A stretch of 64,000 nucleotides of DNA from Candidatus Oxydemutator sp. (GCA_965203445.1 OZ241883.1:512001-576000); one strand, 5' to 3'; positions 21,317 to 35,497 are shown, counted from the stretch's first letter. A program made the numbers and translations. The notes: generated by a model from the sequence alone, not told the origin.

Positions 21317-22200
21317 TCAGGTAGCGGGTGTGCGCGGCCCAACAAACGACGCGCTTTGTCCTTCGTAGATTCGAACGTCGCCAAGCACCCGGTATTTTGT
21401 CCACAGGCGCCAGAGCTCCTGCCATTGTACGTCGCAGTGGGCCTCTGCCTCCCTGACGGGCAAACCGAATCCTTTGGCATCCTTGCCGGAAATAGTGGTG
21501 CCATGGCTTTGCGTATCGCCGATCAGCGGCCCTTCCAGCGCCTTTGCCAGTTTTCCCACGTCCTCCGGGCTGCGTTCCTCTACACACGACAGCGCCTCCT
21601 TTACCTGGTCGCTTGTTCGAGCAAGAGCATCGCGCGCCTGTTGTACCGTCATTGCAGAGATGTCGGCAAGCAACGCTGCGTGGAGCGGATAAGTCTGAGG
21701 ATTGGCCTGTATCCGTTTTTCGGCATCTTCAACGGCTGCGATGATCGCCTTTGCCGCTCCCAGATCGCCGTCGGCCAGTATGAATTGCGGGTCCACCGGC
21801 CCCAAATCGCTCGTCGGGCCCATGTAGATCCGGTGTGCGCCGAGAACAAACAGCGTGCCCGCGCTCTTGGCTGCGTCGGGCACGACAACCGTGAGTTCCC
21901 GGCACCGGCATTGAGCCTGGCGGATAAGCCGAATGGCCGTTTCGCCGTCGCCGCCGGGCGTCGCCAGCATGACGTGAAGGTCCTGGGAAGGGTCCGCGTC
22001 ATACAGCGTCTCCTCGAATAAGGCGACACTGTCCGGAAAGATGTCGTCGGACACTATGACCAGACGGCACCGATATTTTTCCTGGTATCGGCGGATCAGC
22101 TTCTGGCGCTCATAGCGAGGCGCATTGTGCGCCTCGTATAGCGGACTTCGCGCTGGTGTTGCTGCGGCTTCAGGAATTGTATCAGTCGCCGAACTTGATA
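21317..22200 (-). CDS. SDH-family Clp-fold serine proteinase (start uncertain)
   Basis: LATPGGDGETA, AKSAGT catalytic Ser, SDLGPVDPQ and SHGTTI motifs. Confidence 0.8.
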
Positions 22201-22373
22201 GGACGAGACGTCCGGAACGTAATCGGTTTGCCTTTCCGTGCCTTCTTGGCATCCTCGCGTACCAGCTTGGCAATCTCGATCTTCTTGCGCCAGTTCGGGT
22301 CGTATCTCAAAGTGGGTGCCTCGAGGGCGGGTTCACCGCTTGCGGCGACGGTATTATTGTTTTTTCTTTTCAT
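22182..22373 (-). CDS. Small basic hypothetical protein upstream of the SDH protease
   Basis: Strong SD GGAGGTG before the ATG; 63 aa, Lys/Arg-rich; overlaps the 5' end of the protease frame. Confidence 0.55.
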   Translation of the reverse strand: MKRKNNNTVAASGEPALEAPTLRYDPNWRKKIEIAKLVREDAKKARKGKPITFRTSRPIKFGD

Positions 22374-22494
22374 TGTTCACCTCCCTGCTCATGAGGGCGG
22401 GCGCGCCATTCTGGTTGCCGATGCCTTTGCTTCCACGTGCGACGAACGCACGGGCGACCCGCCAGGGTTAATACTTGACAATTATACACAATCA

Positions 22495-22521
22495 AGTCTC
22501 CGGAAAAGTCGGGACGGTTCA
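22495..22521 (-). repeat. Isolated IS3-family (IS51/IS629-like) terminal inverted repeat remnant
   Basis: Reverse complement TGAACCGTCCCGACTTTTCCGGAGACT resembles the TGAACCGCCCCGG...GGAGACT ends as I recall them; no IS3 transposase nearby. Confidence 0.5.
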
Positions 22522-22527
22522 CCGGTT

Positions 22528-22569
22528 GTGTAAGTTCGGCTACTCTCATTCGCCCGGCAACCCGCCCAG
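22528..22569 (-). repeat. Right inverted repeat of the 12838-22569 block
   Basis: Reverse complement CTGGGCGGGTTGCCGGGCGAATGAGAGTAGCCGAACTTACAC matches 12838-12878. Confidence 0.8.
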
Positions 22570-22598
22570 GAGCTTTCTGGCCTTATACGACGCGAGTT

Positions 22599-23513
22599 TT
22601 ACTCCGCGGCGAGCCAGTTTTTTGGTTTCAGATAATCGCGGTGCAGTTCTTCCTCGGGGCTGCCCGCTTGCGGCTTCCAGCCGTAGCGCCATTTTGCGTG
22701 GGGCGGCAGCGACATCAGGATGGATTCGGCGCGCCCGCCGGATTGCAGGCCGAACAGCGTGCCGCGGTCGTACACCAGATTGAACTCCACGTAGCGGCCG
22801 CGGCGGTAGAGTTGAAACTCGCGCTCGCGTTCGCCGAACGGCGCGTCGCGGCGGCGCTCGGCAACCGGGCGGTAGGCGGGGATGAAACTGTCGCCGACGC
22901 TACGCAGAAAGGCGAAACACCGCGCAAAACCCCAGTCGTTCAGATCATCGAAGAACAGACCGCCGACGCCGCGCGTCTCGTCGCGGTGGCGCAGGTAGAA
23001 GTAGTCGTCGCACCAGGCCTTGAAGCGCGGATAGACGTCGTCGCCGAACGGCGCGCAGGCGGCGCGCGCGGTGCGGTGCCAGTGCAGGACGTCCTCGAGA
23101 AACGGATAGCACGGCGTCAGGTCGTAACCGCCGCCGAACCACCACAGCGGTTCGTCGTCGGCGCGCGCCAGCGAGAAAAAGCGCACGTTGCAGTGCGCCG
23201 TCGGCACGTACGGATTGCGCGGGTGAAACACCAGCGACACGCCGGCGGCCTCGAACGCGCCGCCGGCCAGTTCCGGACGCGACGCGCTCGCCGCCGCTGG
23301 CAGGCGCGCGCCGCGCACGTGCGAGAAGTTGACGCCGGCCTTCTCGAACAGGTCGCCGGCGGCCAGGATGCGGCTGTCGCCGCGGCCTTCGGGACGCCGC
23401 CAAGTGTCGCTTACAAAACGCGCCGCGCCGTCGAGCGTCTGCGCGGCGTCGCAGATCGCGTCCTGCAAACCCGCCAGGTACGAGACGACCGCGTCGGTGT
23501 CGCCGGTTGCCAT
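22599..23513 (-). CDS. hemF: Oxygen-dependent coproporphyrinogen III oxidase
   Basis: [31 protein letters not shown] and [25 protein letters not shown] motifs. Confidence 0.97.
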   Translation of the reverse strand: MATGDTDAVVSYLAGLQDAICDAAQTLDGAARFVSDTWRRPEGRGDSRILAAGDLFEKAGVNFSHVRGARLPAAASASRPELAGGAFEAAGVSLVFHPRNPYVPTAHCNVRFFSLARADDEPLWWFGGGYDLTPCYPFLEDVLHWHRTARAACAPFGDDVYPRFKAWCDDYFYLRHRDETRGVGGLFFDDLNDWGFARCFAFLRSVGDSFIPAYRPVAERRRDAPFGEREREFQLYRRGRYVEFNLVYDRGTLFGLQSGGRAESILMSLPPHAKWRYGWKPQAGSPEEELHRDYLKPKNWLAAE

Positions 23514-23539
23514 CAAAACGGCGCCGCGCAGGCCCGGCG

Positions 23540-24109
23540 TCAGCGGATGCCGCGCCCGGTCACGGCGTCACGGATCGAGGTCGGCGCGTGCATGCCGCCG
23601 GTGTCGCCCGCGACGATGCAGTCGAGTTTGTCGCCGAACGTCTCCCCGACCTGGCGCGCGTTGCGCGCCGCCGGCGCGTCGCTCAGGTTGGCGCTGGTGG
23701 AGACCAACGCGCAGTTGCAGGCGTCACACAGCGCCGCCGCCACCGGATGCGCGGTAACCCGCACCGCGATCCCGGGGTGCTCGCCGCGCAGCCACGGCGG
23801 ACACGCCGCAGCCGCCGGAAACACCCAGGTGTACGGCCCCGGCCAGCTTTCCTTGACGCGCCGCCACGCGGCGCCGCCGATTACGCCGCAGAACGGTTCC
23901 AGTTGCAAAAAGTGGTTTGCGATCAGAATGAAGCCCTTGCCGACCGGCCTTTTCTTCAACTCCGTCAGGCGCGCGACCGCCCGCTCGTTCAGCGGGTCGC
24001 AACCGAGGCCGTACACCGCCTCGGTCGGGTAGGCGACGATGCCGCCGTCGCGCACCGCTTTGCGCGCCGGTTCGACGTTCGGAAACTCGACAAGATGCGC
24101 GTCGCTCAA
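23540..24109 (-). CDS. tsaC: L-threonylcarbamoyladenylate synthase (YrdC/Sua5)
   Basis: [20 protein letters not shown] and STSAN motifs. Confidence 0.92.
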   Translation of the reverse strand: MSDAHLVEFPNVEPARKAVRDGGIVAYPTEAVYGLGCDPLNERAVARLTELKKRPVGKGFILIANHFLQLEPFCGVIGGAAWRRVKESWPGPYTWVFPAAAACPPWLRGEHPGIAVRVTAHPVAAALCDACNCALVSTSANLSDAPAARNARQVGETFGDKLDCIVAGDTGGMHAPTSIRDAVTGRGIR

Positions 24110-24136
24110 GATTCACTTCGCCGCCGTCGGGAGCGG

Positions 24137-24212
24137 TGGTGGAGCCGAGGGGATTTGAACCCCTGACCTCGACAATGCGAATGTCGCGCTCTCCCGGCTG
24201 AGCTACGGCCCC
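24137..24212 (-). tRNA. tRNA-Ala (anticodon CGC)
   Basis: GGGGCCGTAGCTCAGCCGGGAGAGCG CGACA TTCGCAT TGTCG AGGTCAGGGGTTCAAATCCCCTCGGCTCCACCA; G3:U70 pair; encoded CCA. Confidence 0.97.
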
Positions 24213-24244
24213 GATGCGCCCGGCATTGTACGGCTTACGCGGCG

Positions 24245-25219
24245 TCAGGCCAAATCGCCGGATCCCGGGTTCAGGCCGTGGCCGGCGCCGCGCAATTCCT
24301 TCGGCAGCGGAAAGGTCACCCTTTCCTCGATGCCGACGGCCTCGTCAACGCGGCGCGCGCCGTGCTTTTGCAGTTCGCGCACGACCTCCCGCACCAGCGT
24401 CTCGGGCGCCGACGCGCCCGCCGTCAAGCCGACTCTGCGCTTGCCGGCAAGCCATTCCCGGCGGATTTCCGCGGCGCCGTCTATCAGATGGGCCTCGACG
24501 CCCCGCTTCAGCGCGATCTCGAGCAGCCGGTTTGAGTTCGAGCTATTGCGCGAACCGACGACCAACACCAGGTCGCAAGTCTCGACCAGTTGCTTGACCG
24601 CGTTCTGCCGGTTCTGGGTGGCGTAGCAGATGTCGTCCTTGCGCGGCTTGTGCACGTTCGGAAAGCGCTTTTCGAGAACGGCGACGATGCCGGCGGTGTC
24701 ATCCACCGACAACGTCGTCTGCGTTACGAACGCGACTTTGTCCGGGTCGTGCACGCGCACCGTCTCGGCGTCGGCGACGGTCTCGACCAGGTGGATGGCG
24801 CCGTCGCCCGGCGGTGCGCACTGCCCCATCGTGCCGGCCACCTCGGGGTGCCCGCGATGGCCGATCAGGATGGTCTCGAAGCCGCGGCGGCCGTTGCGCG
24901 CGACCTCGAGGTGCACCTTGGTCACCAGCGGGCAGGTCGCATCGAGCACCGTCAGGCCGCGCGCCGCGGCTTCTTCGCGCACCGCGCGCGACACGCCGTG
25001 GGCGCTGAAGATGACGACGGCGCCGTCGGGAACGCCGCCCAACTCCTCGACGAAAACCGCGCCTTTGGCGCGCAGGCTGGCGACGACGAAGCGGTTGTGC
25101 ACGACCTCGTGGCGCACGTACACCGGCGGCCCCAGCATCGCCAGCGCGCGTTCGACAATCTCGATCGCGCGGTCGACGCCGGCGCAGAAGCCGCGCGGGT
25201 TAGCCAGCAGCACTTCCAT
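24245..25219 (-). CDS. ispH: 4-hydroxy-3-methylbut-2-enyl diphosphate reductase
   Basis: [25 protein letters not shown] and NSSNS motifs. Confidence 0.97.
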   Translation of the reverse strand: MEVLLANPRGFCAGVDRAIEIVERALAMLGPPVYVRHEVVHNRFVVASLRAKGAVFVEELGGVPDGAVVIFSAHGVSRAVREEAAARGLTVLDATCPLVTKVHLEVARNGRRGFETILIGHRGHPEVAGTMGQCAPPGDGAIHLVETVADAETVRVHDPDKVAFVTQTTLSVDDTAGIVAVLEKRFPNVHKPRKDDICYATQNRQNAVKQLVETCDLVLVVGSRNSSNSNRLLEIALKRGVEAHLIDGAAEIRREWLAGKRRVGLTAGASAPETLVREVVRELQKHGARRVDEAVGIEERVTFPLPKELRGAGHGLNPGSGDLA

Positions 25220-25674
25220 CGGTTCCCTCCTTTGCGATCAGCGCGGCATAGACGATCAACAGCGCGCCGACGGTGATGCAGGCGTCGGCGACGTTGAACG
25301 TCGGCCAATGATAACCGCGATAATACACGTCGAGGAAGTCCACGACGTGGCCGCGAACCAGGCGGTCCATCGCGTTGGCGGCGGCGCCGCCCAATATCAG
25401 CGCGATGCCGGCGGCCGAGACGCGCTCGCCGGGGCCGAGCTTGACCAGCCACGACCACAGCAGCGCGCACACCGCAAGCGCGACGCCTATCAGAAACCAC
25501 CGCTGCCAGCCGCCGGCGTCGGCGAGCAGACTGAAGGCGGCGCCGGTGTTATAGACCAGCGTCAAATTGAGCGACGGCAACAACGGCACCGGCGCGTACG
25601 GCGCGAGCCAATAGTCGGCGGCGAGCTTGGTCGCGTGGTCGACGACGACGATTGCGAGCGCCAGCGCGATCCAG

Positions 25675-25682
<8 letters not shown>
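25200..25682 (-). CDS. lspA: Lipoprotein signal peptidase II
   Basis: NTGAAFS, GHVVDF and WPTFNVAD motifs; ileS-lspA-ispH order. Confidence 0.95.
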
Positions 25683-28500
<2,818 letters not shown>

Positions 28501-28514
28501 CGTCGTTCAGCCGT

Positions 28515-29489
28515 TCACACCGGTGCGCCCGCCGCGCGCGGCGTCGTCGCGCGTTCGTCGAAGCAGCGCCGCGCCGCGGCCACGTCGCGCGCGACGTTGT
28601 CGCGCAATTCCGCGAGCGACGCGAATTTTTTCTCGTCCCGAAGCTTGCGCAGCGGGTGCACCGTCAGGCGGCGTCCGTACAGATCGCCCGCGAAATCGAG
28701 CAGGTGCGCCTCGAGCCGCCAGGCGCCGCGACGCGTACCCTCGACCGTCGGCCGGAAGCCGGCGTTGACGACGGCATCAAACGTCTCGCCCGAGTCGCCG
28801 GCGACGGCCGCGGCATAGACGCCGGCCAGCGGCGGCGGGCGCCGTCCGCACGCGACGTTCGCGGTCGGAAAACCAAGTTGCGCGCCAAGCCCGCGACCGG
28901 CGACGACGCGACCGGCGACGCCGAAACTCCGTCCGAGCAGGCGGTTGGCCAACGCAACGTCGCCGGACAGCAGCGCGTCCCTTATGCGCGTGCAGCTGAC
29001 GCGCGCGCCGGCGTGCTCGACCGCCGCGACCTGCTCCGTCTCGAAGCCGTAACGCGCGCCGCTTTCGCGCAGCGTCGTGAAGTCGCCGCCGCGGTCTTTG
29101 CCGAAACGAAAATCGTGGCCGACGACCAGCGCGCGCGCGCGCAGCCCGCCGACCAGCACGCGCTCGATGAAGTCGCGCGCCGGGCAGTCGGCGACGGCCT
29201 GAGAAAAACGCAGACAGACGAGGCAATCCACGCCCAAACCCGCAATGATGCGCGCGCGTTCGCGCAACCGGTACAAGCGCGGCGGCGTTTCCCCGGCGCG
29301 CGCGAAAAACTCCGTCGGCAGCGGCTCGAACAACACGACCGCAACCGGCAGGCGGCGCGCGCGCGCGGCCCGCCGCAAGCGCCCGATGATCGCCTGATGC
29401 CCTATATGCAACCCGTCAAACCCGCCCACCGTGACCGCGCAGGGGCCGGCCAGACGACGCAACCCGCCCTCTCCGCGTATCCAGTCCAT
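28515..29489 (-). CDS. ribF: Bifunctional riboflavin kinase/FAD synthetase
   Basis: GGFDGLHIGHQ, VGHDFRFG, LGFPTAN and EAHLLDF motifs. Confidence 0.95.
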   Translation of the reverse strand: MDWIRGEGGLRRLAGPCAVTVGGFDGLHIGHQAIIGRLRRAARARRLPVAVVLFEPLPTEFFARAGETPPRLYRLRERARIIAGLGVDCLVCLRFSQAVADCPARDFIERVLVGGLRARALVVGHDFRFGKDRGGDFTTLRESGARYGFETEQVAAVEHAGARVSCTRIRDALLSGDVALANRLLGRSFGVAGRVVAGRGLGAQLGFPTANVACGRRPPPLAGVYAAAVAGDSGETFDAVVNAGFRPTVEGTRRGAWRLEAHLLDFAGDLYGRRLTVHPLRKLRDEKKFASLAELRDNVARDVAAARRCFDERATTPRAAGAPV

Positions 29490-29497
29490 GGGAATGA

Positions 29498-30061
29498 TTA
29501 TAAGGGGAATGACGCGGCGTCGGCGTCTTGCCCGAGCAGCGCGTCGGCGACCGCGGCGAGGTCGTCATAGACCGGCACGTCGCCGGGGAAGTCTTTTTGC
29601 CGCAGCGTCTCCGATCCCTTGCCGGTGCGCACCAGCACCGGGCGCGCGCCCGCGGCCTTCGCGGCCGCCACGTCGTTCATCGTGTCGCCGACGAACGGCA
29701 CCCCGCGCAAGTCCACGCGCAGCCGCCTCGCCAGGTCCTCGAGCAGGCCGGGCGACGGCTTGCGGCAGCGGCATCTTTCGTCGGGGTGATGGGGGCAGAA
29801 GAACAGGCCCTCGACCTGGCCGCCGAGTTCATGCAGCAGGCCCTGCATTTTGGCCTGCATTTCCCCCAGCGCCTCGACCGTGAACAGGCCGCGCCCGATG
29901 CCCGACTGGTTCGATACGACGTACGCGCGCCAGCCGGCGTGGTTGAGACGCGCGATGGCCTCGAGGCTGCCCTCGAGCGGCAGCCATTCGTCGGCGCTCT
30001 TGACGTAGTCGCGGGCGTCGTGATTGATGACGCCGTCGCGGTCGAGCAGGATCGTCTTCAC
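29498..30061 (-). CDS. gmhB: D-glycero-beta-D-manno-heptose 1,7-bisphosphate 7-phosphatase
   Basis: LDRDGVIN, SNQSGIGRG and CPHHPDERCRCRKP motifs; GTG start coupled to the glyS stop. Confidence 0.93.
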   Translation of the reverse strand: MKTILLDRDGVINHDARDYVKSADEWLPLEGSLEAIARLNHAGWRAYVVSNQSGIGRGLFTVEALGEMQAKMQGLLHELGGQVEGLFFCPHHPDERCRCRKPSPGLLEDLARRLRVDLRGVPFVGDTMNDVAAAKAAGARPVLVRTGKGSETLRQKDFPGDVPVYDDLAAVADALLGQDADAASFPL

Positions 30062-32154
30062 GCCGCCTTGGCGGGGGTTTCCAATTTCGAGAAGTCGGCG
30101 ATGCACGTGAACAGCGAGCGGACTTCGCGCAGCAACCCGATGCGGTTGCGGCGTTCGGCCTGGTCCTCCGACATCACCAGCACTTCGTCGAAAAAGCGGT
30201 TGATCGGCTCGTGCAACTCGACCAGCACGTTCAACGCCTCGAGATATTCGCGCCGCCCGGCGAGGTGCGCGACGCGCTCGCGGCGTTCGCAATACGCGCG
30301 GTAGAGGCCGTTTTCGGCGGCGTGGCGCAGCGCGCGCGCGTCCACGCCGGCGACGTCCTCGCGCGCGTCTTTTTCGAGGATGTTGCGGATGCGCTTGTTG
30401 GCGGCGGTCAGGCTGCCGGTCTGCGGCAGCGCCTTGAAACGCCGCACCGCGGCCAGACGCGCGTCGAGATCGAGCAGTTGCAGCGGGCGCACCGCCACCG
30501 CCGCTTCCACCTCGTCGACGCCGCAGCCGCGCTCGGCGTAATAGCCGCGCACGCGGTCTAGCAGGTAGCCGGGCAGACGCGCGACGTTCTCGGGATCGAG
30601 CGCGCCGCGGTAGCCGTCGGCGGCGCGCGTCATCCATACGCCCAGGTCGAGATCGAGACGCTTTTCGAGCACGATGCGCACGAGCGCAAGCCCGGCGCGC
30701 CGCAGCCCGTACGGATCCTTGCTGCCGCTCGGGTGCTCTCCGGAACCGAAGATGCCGGCCAGCGTGTCGAGGCGGTCGGCCAGCGCCAGCAGCACGCCGG
30801 CGGCGCTTTGCGGCAGTTCGTCGCCGGCGCGCCGCGGCAGGCGATGCTCGGCGACGGCGCGCGCCACCGTCTCGGACTCGCCGTCGGCGCGCGCGTAATA
30901 GCCGCCGATGACGCCTTCGAGTTCAGGATACTCGCGCACCACGTCGGTCGTCAGGTCGGCCTTGCACAGTCTGGCCGCGCGCGTCGCGTCGCCCGAGGCG
31001 ACGCCGCCGACGCTTTCGGCGAGCAGCGCCGCCAGGCGCTCCAGACGCCGCGTCTTGTCGGCGAGGCTGCCGAGCTTCTCGTGGAACAGCACGTCTTCGA
31101 GTTCCGCCACGCGGCTCGCCAGGCCGCGCTTGCGATCCTGATCAAAGAAAAAAGCCGCGTCCGCCAAGCGCGGCGACACGACGCGCTCGTAACCGAGGCG
31201 CACGCTCTCGGGCGACGCGCTTTCCACGTTGGCGACGGCGACGAAATCGGACGTCAGGCGTCCGGCCCCGTCCTCCAGCGGAAAGAATTTCTGGTCGTGC
31301 TCCAGCACCTCGACGATGACTTCGGCGGGCAGCGACAGAAAAGACGGGTCGAAGCGCGCCACCATGGCCGAGGGCCATTCGGTCATCGCGGTCACTTCGT
31401 CCAACAGCGACTCTGCGCCGCGCCGCGCCGCGCCCGCCAACGCGCGGCCCGCGGCGGCGCCCGCGACCTGCGCCTCGACGCGGCGGCGGCGCTCGGCGAA
31501 CGACGCGATGACTTTGCCGCGCCGTTCGAGCACGTCTTCATAAACGCCCGCCTTGGCATCGGGCACGCGCAGCGGCCCCGGGCAATGCCGGCGGTGCCCG
31601 CGCGTGTCGCCGCCCGAGCGCACGCCCATGACCTCGAGCGCGAGCGGCTCGTCGCCGTAGAGCGCGAGCACCCAGCGCACCGGGCGGATGAATTCGTACG
31701 GCGCGTCGCCCCAGCGCATCCGTTTCCCGACCGGCAGCGCCAGCAGCGCGCCGCGCACCTTCTCCTCCAGCAGCGCCTGCACGGTGGCGCCGGCCTCGCG
31801 ACGCCGGAAGCAGACGCGCTTGCCGTCGTCCGAGACTTGCAGGTCGCCGACCGCGACCCTGCACGCCCGGGCGAAGCCTTGCGCCGCCGGCGTCGGTTGC
31901 CCGGCTTCGTCGTAGGCGCGTTCGAGCGCCGGCCCCTTGCGTTCGATCACGCGCCCGGCCTGGCTCGCGGACAGCCCGGTTATGCGCGCCGCGAGCCGCC
32001 GCGGCGTGGCGAAGCCTTCGTGCGCCGCCAGGTCGAAACCGTCCTCGCCGAAAGCGGCGGCGAGATTCGCGGCGAAGGTCTCGCCCAGGGCCCGCAAGCG
32101 CGACGGCGGCAGTTCCTCGACGCCGATCTCGACCAACAGGGCGCGCGCGCTCAT
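30058..32154 (-). CDS. glyS: Glycine--tRNA ligase beta subunit
   Basis: [28 protein letters not shown] and [10 protein letters not shown] motifs. Confidence 0.96.
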   Translation of the reverse strand: MSARALLVEIGVEELPPSRLRALGETFAANLAAAFGEDGFDLAAHEGFATPRRLAARITGLSASQAGRVIERKGPALERAYDEAGQPTPAAQGFARACRVAVGDLQVSDDGKRVCFRRREAGATVQALLEEKVRGALLALPVGKRMRWGDAPYEFIRPVRWVLALYGDEPLALEVMGVRSGGDTRGHRRHCPGPLRVPDAKAGVYEDVLERRGKVIASFAERRRRVEAQVAGAAAGRALAGAARRGAESLLDEVTAMTEWPSAMVARFDPSFLSLPAEVIVEVLEHDQKFFPLEDGAGRLTSDFVAVANVESASPESVRLGYERVVSPRLADAAFFFDQDRKRGLASRVAELEDVLFHEKLGSLADKTRRLERLAALLAESVGGVASGDATRAARLCKADLTTDVVREYPELEGVIGGYYARADGESETVARAVAEHRLPRRAGDELPQSAAGVLLALADRLDTLAGIFGSGEHPSGSKDPYGLRRAGLALVRIVLEKRLDLDLGVWMTRAADGYRGALDPENVARLPGYLLDRVRGYYAERGCGVDEVEAAVAVRPLQLLDLDARLAAVRRFKALPQTGSLTAANKRIRNILEKDAREDVAGVDARALRHAAENGLYRAYCERRERVAHLAGRREYLEALNVLVELHEPINRFFDEVLVMSEDQAERRNRIGLLREVRSLFTCIADFSKLETPAKAA

Positions 32155-33026
32155 CGCCGTTCGGGCAGCCCGCGGTACAGGCGCGCGACCGCCAGCGCCA
32201 GTCTGCGCGTGCGCAGGACGTAGCGCTGCCTCTCGGTGACCGACACCGCGCGGCGCGCGTCGAGCAGGTTGAAGCCATGCGACGCCAACATCAACTGCTC
32301 GTAGGCCGGCAGCACCAGTCCCTTCGACAGCAGCCTGCGACATTCGCTCTCGCTTTCGTCGAAACGACGCGCGAGCGCCCCGGTGTCGGCCTCGTCGAAG
32401 TTATAGGCCGACTGTTCAGCCTCGTTGCGGTGGAACAGGTCGCGGTAGAGCACGCGCCGGCCCGCGCCTTGCGACCACACCAGGCCGAAGGCGTCGTCGC
32501 TGCCTTGCAGGCTCATCGCCAGACGCTCGAGCCCGTACGTGATCTCGCCCGTTACCGGGCGGCACTCGAGTCCGCCGACCTGCTGAAAATACGTGAACTG
32601 GCTGATCTCCATGCCGTTCAGCCACACCTCCCAGCCGAGTCCCCACGCGCCCAACGTCGGCGACTCCCAGTCGTCCTCGACGAAACGGACGTCGTTGACG
32701 TCGCCGTCCAGGCCCAGCGCGTCGAGCGACGCCAGATACAGTTCCTGGACGTCGTCCGGCGACGGCTTCAGCACCACTTGAAACTGGTAATACTGCTGCA
32801 ACCGGTTCGGATTTTCGCCGTAACGCCCGTCGGTCGGGCGCCGGCACGCCTGCACGTAGGCGCAGCGCCAGGGTTCAGGGCCGAGCGAGCGCAAAAACGT
32901 CGCCGGGTGAAAGGTGGCCGCCCCCATCGGCAAATCGTACGGCTGTACCAGCGCGCAGCCTTGCGCCGCCCAGTATTCTTGCAGGCGCAGCAGGGTCTCC
33001 TGGAACGTCTTGGGTTGATTCGGCAT
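32151..33026 (-). CDS. glyQ: Glycine--tRNA ligase alpha subunit
   Basis: [23 protein letters not shown] and [16 protein letters not shown] motifs. Confidence 0.98.
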   Translation of the reverse strand: MPNQPKTFQETLLRLQEYWAAQGCALVQPYDLPMGAATFHPATFLRSLGPEPWRCAYVQACRRPTDGRYGENPNRLQQYYQFQVVLKPSPDDVQELYLASLDALGLDGDVNDVRFVEDDWESPTLGAWGLGWEVWLNGMEISQFTYFQQVGGLECRPVTGEITYGLERLAMSLQGSDDAFGLVWSQGAGRRVLYRDLFHRNEAEQSAYNFDEADTGALARRFDESESECRRLLSKGLVLPAYEQLMLASHGFNLLDARRAVSVTERQRYVLRTRRLALAVARLYRGLPERR

Positions 33027-33506
33027 CGTGGGGTTCGCTCGGCGACGAACCTATTTTACCCAACATCGGCCATTCCGGTGGGATAAACGGCTCCATATAC
33101 AAATGGAGCGCCATCGGAGATTCGTGCCGAGCTTTCCTCTCAAACGGGTGCCCCCGGCGTCAGCGCCCGCTGCGCGACGCGCACTCCGCGCCATGGTCGC
33201 GCAACGCCTCGGCAGACCGAATGCGGTATCCGCACGCCTGGTCGGTTGTCCGTCGGCCAAACGATACCGTTCGTCTGTGAATCTGACGGGTGCGCAGCGT
33301 CCGCGGTTACCGTCGCATCCGGCAGGCCGTGCGTATTGGTCATCAACCTCCGGTGAGTGAGAGTGCGCGGCCTGTCTTGATTACCAAAAAAAATGAAACC
33401 AAAGAAAGCCACGTGCCCGAGTCTTTCGACGAAGGCACATAGAACAATCCGCAGCCGCCGGCGTCCACGCGCGCGGGCGACGCACACGGCCGGCGCGGCG
33501 ACCGGC

Positions 33507-33926
33507 ATGGCGGTGCTGCTATCGTCGCTCGTGGTCGCGCCCGCGACCCCGGCCGAGACGCGCGACGGGTTCGAGCGAGTCGCCCGGTACATCCTCGCGC
33601 ACAAGGAGGCGGCGGCGCCTGAGAAGCCCCTTGCCGAGGATGCTTTTGCCGTCGCCAAGGGCGTGGCGGACAAAGCCGGCCTCGGCGATCTTTCCGAACC
33701 CATAGTCGTGCACCACGACTCGATTCAGCTGCGCGATCTGCTGACCCATCTGATTCCCGACGGCTGGGAGCTGAGGCTGGAAATTCCGAAGCGCGAGGCG
33801 CGGCAGGTCATCGCGTTTCACGCCGAGACCTCGCGCCGGCGCGCGCTCGACGACCTGCTCAAAAAATTGAACCTGCGCGGCTCCTTTTATCCGGGCGCCG
33901 GCCTGCTGTTGGTGAGCAAGTCATGA
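33507..33926 (+). CDS. Exported protein with TcpQ/PilL-C-like domain (first gene of the pilus operon; alternative start 33393)
   Basis: Signal-like N-terminus; LRDLLTHLIPDGWEL..RRALDDLL pattern resembles PilL/TcpQ C-domains; ATGA-coupled to the secretin. Confidence 0.5.
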   Translation: MAVLLSSLVVAPATPAETRDGFERVARYILAHKEAAAPEKPLAEDAFAVAKGVADKAGLGDLSEPIVVHHDSIQLRDLLTHLIPDGWELRLEIPKREARQVIAFHAETSRRRALDDLLKKLNLRGSFYPGAGLLLVSKS

Positions 33927-35497
33927 GCGCGCGTCGCGTCCTCGCGCTCCTGACGCTGGCGCTCGCCGCGGCGTGCGCGCAGCAGCCGTTGCCACCCGTG
34001 CAAATCGAAAACGCGGTCGCGGCGCGGCCCGACCGCCTCGCGTCGCCGCCGACTTTCGTGCGCGTCAAGGAGCGGGAGGAACACGAGCTGCTCGGCACAA
34101 AGATCAAGCGCACCAATCTGCCGGAAACGACGCTGTTGGAGGCGGTCTGGTCGGCGTTGCCGTTCTACGTAACGGTCGAGGGCGACAACCGCGTGGATCT
34201 GTCGCGCCCGGTCTCGGTGCGCGCCGACGAGGCGCTGGGCGTCGGCGACTACCTGCGCTATCTGTCGCAACTGACCGACTACCATTTCGAGCTGCTGCCC
34301 GGCACCAGAGTCGTGCGCGTGTCGTCTCATCGGGCCAAGACCTGGAACCTTGCGACGTTGGCGTCCGCCGGCGACACCGAAATTTCTTTGGGCGGCGGCG
34401 ACATCGGCGCCGACGGCGGGGACACCGGAGCGGGCGACGGGCAGCGCGGCACCGGCGCGGAAATCTCCAAATCCATCAGCAAGGACGACCCGTGGCGGCT
34501 GGTCGTCGCCGAGGCGAATTGCATCATGGGAACGCCGGCCTGCGGCGACGGCGCCGCGGGCGACGGGCAGGACGACGAGCCGGGCGTCGCCGCCTCGGGA
34601 CGCGCCGCGGACGGCTCGTGGGTCTCCTCCAACCGCCTGACCGGCGCGTTGCGCGCCTCCGGGCCGCCGCAAAAGATCGCGCAGCTCGACCGCTGGCTGG
34701 GGCCGCTGCAAAAGAGCGCGTCGCGCTTCATCCGCCTGGACGTCGCGGTGTTCGAGGTGCTTCTGGACCACGGCCGCGGGCGCAGCGTGGACTTTCGCGT
34801 GTTGAACGAGGGAATCGAGAGGACGACGAAACTCGACGGCATAGAAAACGACGACAACCGGCGCGCGCAATACCGCGGCGGCATCGTCGGCAACGCGCTG
34901 GAAAACGCCGGCAGCATGGTGCTCGGGGCGACCGCCAAGATCGGCGACGTGGTGCTGGACTTCGTGTTTCGCTTCCTCGAGACCGAAGGCGAAGTGACCC
35001 TGTTGAACCGCGCCAATCTGATCATCCCGAACGGCGAGACCGCGACGATACGCTCGGTCGAGAGCTTCTACTACGTGGACGACCAGGAGATCATTCCCGG
35101 CGACGCCAACAATCAGTCCCGGATCTCGACCTCGCTCGCGCGCGAGTCGGTCGGCCTGGAGATCGCGATCACGCCTCAGTATCTCGACGAACGACGGCTG
35201 CTGGTCAGCATCGTGCCGGCGCTGTCGGCGCTACAGCGTTTCGACAACATAGAATCCGCCGGCGTCGTGATTTCGGAGGCGCCGCGCACGACGCTGACCA
35301 CCCTGTCGGCGCGCGGCGTGACCGAGAACGGGCGCGCGATCGCGCTCGGCGGCATCCGCACCGAGGGCGTGCAGACGCGCCTGACCGACGTCGGCGCCGG
35401 CGGCGTCCCCGACGGCGGCCTGCTCGATTCCGGTTCGCGGCTCCATCAGCGCCGTCAGTTGATCGTGCTCGTCATCCCCCACGAGGTGGAGGTGTAG
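33923..35497 (+). CDS. Lipoprotein secretin (PilN/MshL-like)
   Basis: Lipobox LAAAC; secretin core (LETEGEVTLLN..NGETATI, GLEIAITP, IALGGI, LIVLVIP). Confidence 0.85.
   Translation: MSARRVLALLTLALAAACAQQPLPPVQIENAVAARPDRLASPPTFVRVKEREEHELLGTKIKRTNLPETTLLEAVWSALPFYVTVEGDNRVDLSRPVSVRADEALGVGDYLRYLSQLTDYHFELLPGTRVVRVSSHRAKTWNLATLASAGDTEISLGGGDIGADGGDTGAGDGQRGTGAEISKSISKDDPWRLVVAEANCIMGTPACGDGAAGDGQDDEPGVAASGRAADGSWVSSNRLTGALRASGPPQKIAQLDRWLGPLQKSASRFIRLDVAVFEVLLDHGRGRSVDFRVLNEGIERTTKLDGIENDDNRRAQYRGGIVGNALENAGSMVLGATAKIGDVVLDFVFRFLETEGEVTLLNRANLIIPNGETATIRSVESFYYVDDQEIIPGDANNQSRISTSLARESVGLEIAITPQYLDERRLLVSIVPALSALQRFDNIESAGVVISEAPRTTLTTLSARGVTENGRAIALGGIRTEGVQTRLTDVGAGGVPDGGLLDSGSRLHQRRQLIVLVIPHEVEV

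Noticed and set aside
22465-22480. GGGTTAATACTTGACA resembling the IS1595 left TIR
   Set aside because: The match needs a 2-bp gap, has no partner end or TSD, and is adequately explained as AT-rich promoter sequence.
24137-24212. tRNA-Ala as integration site for the accessory blocks
   Set aside because: It is flanked by housekeeping genes on both sides; I saw no duplicated tRNA 3' end and no integrase.
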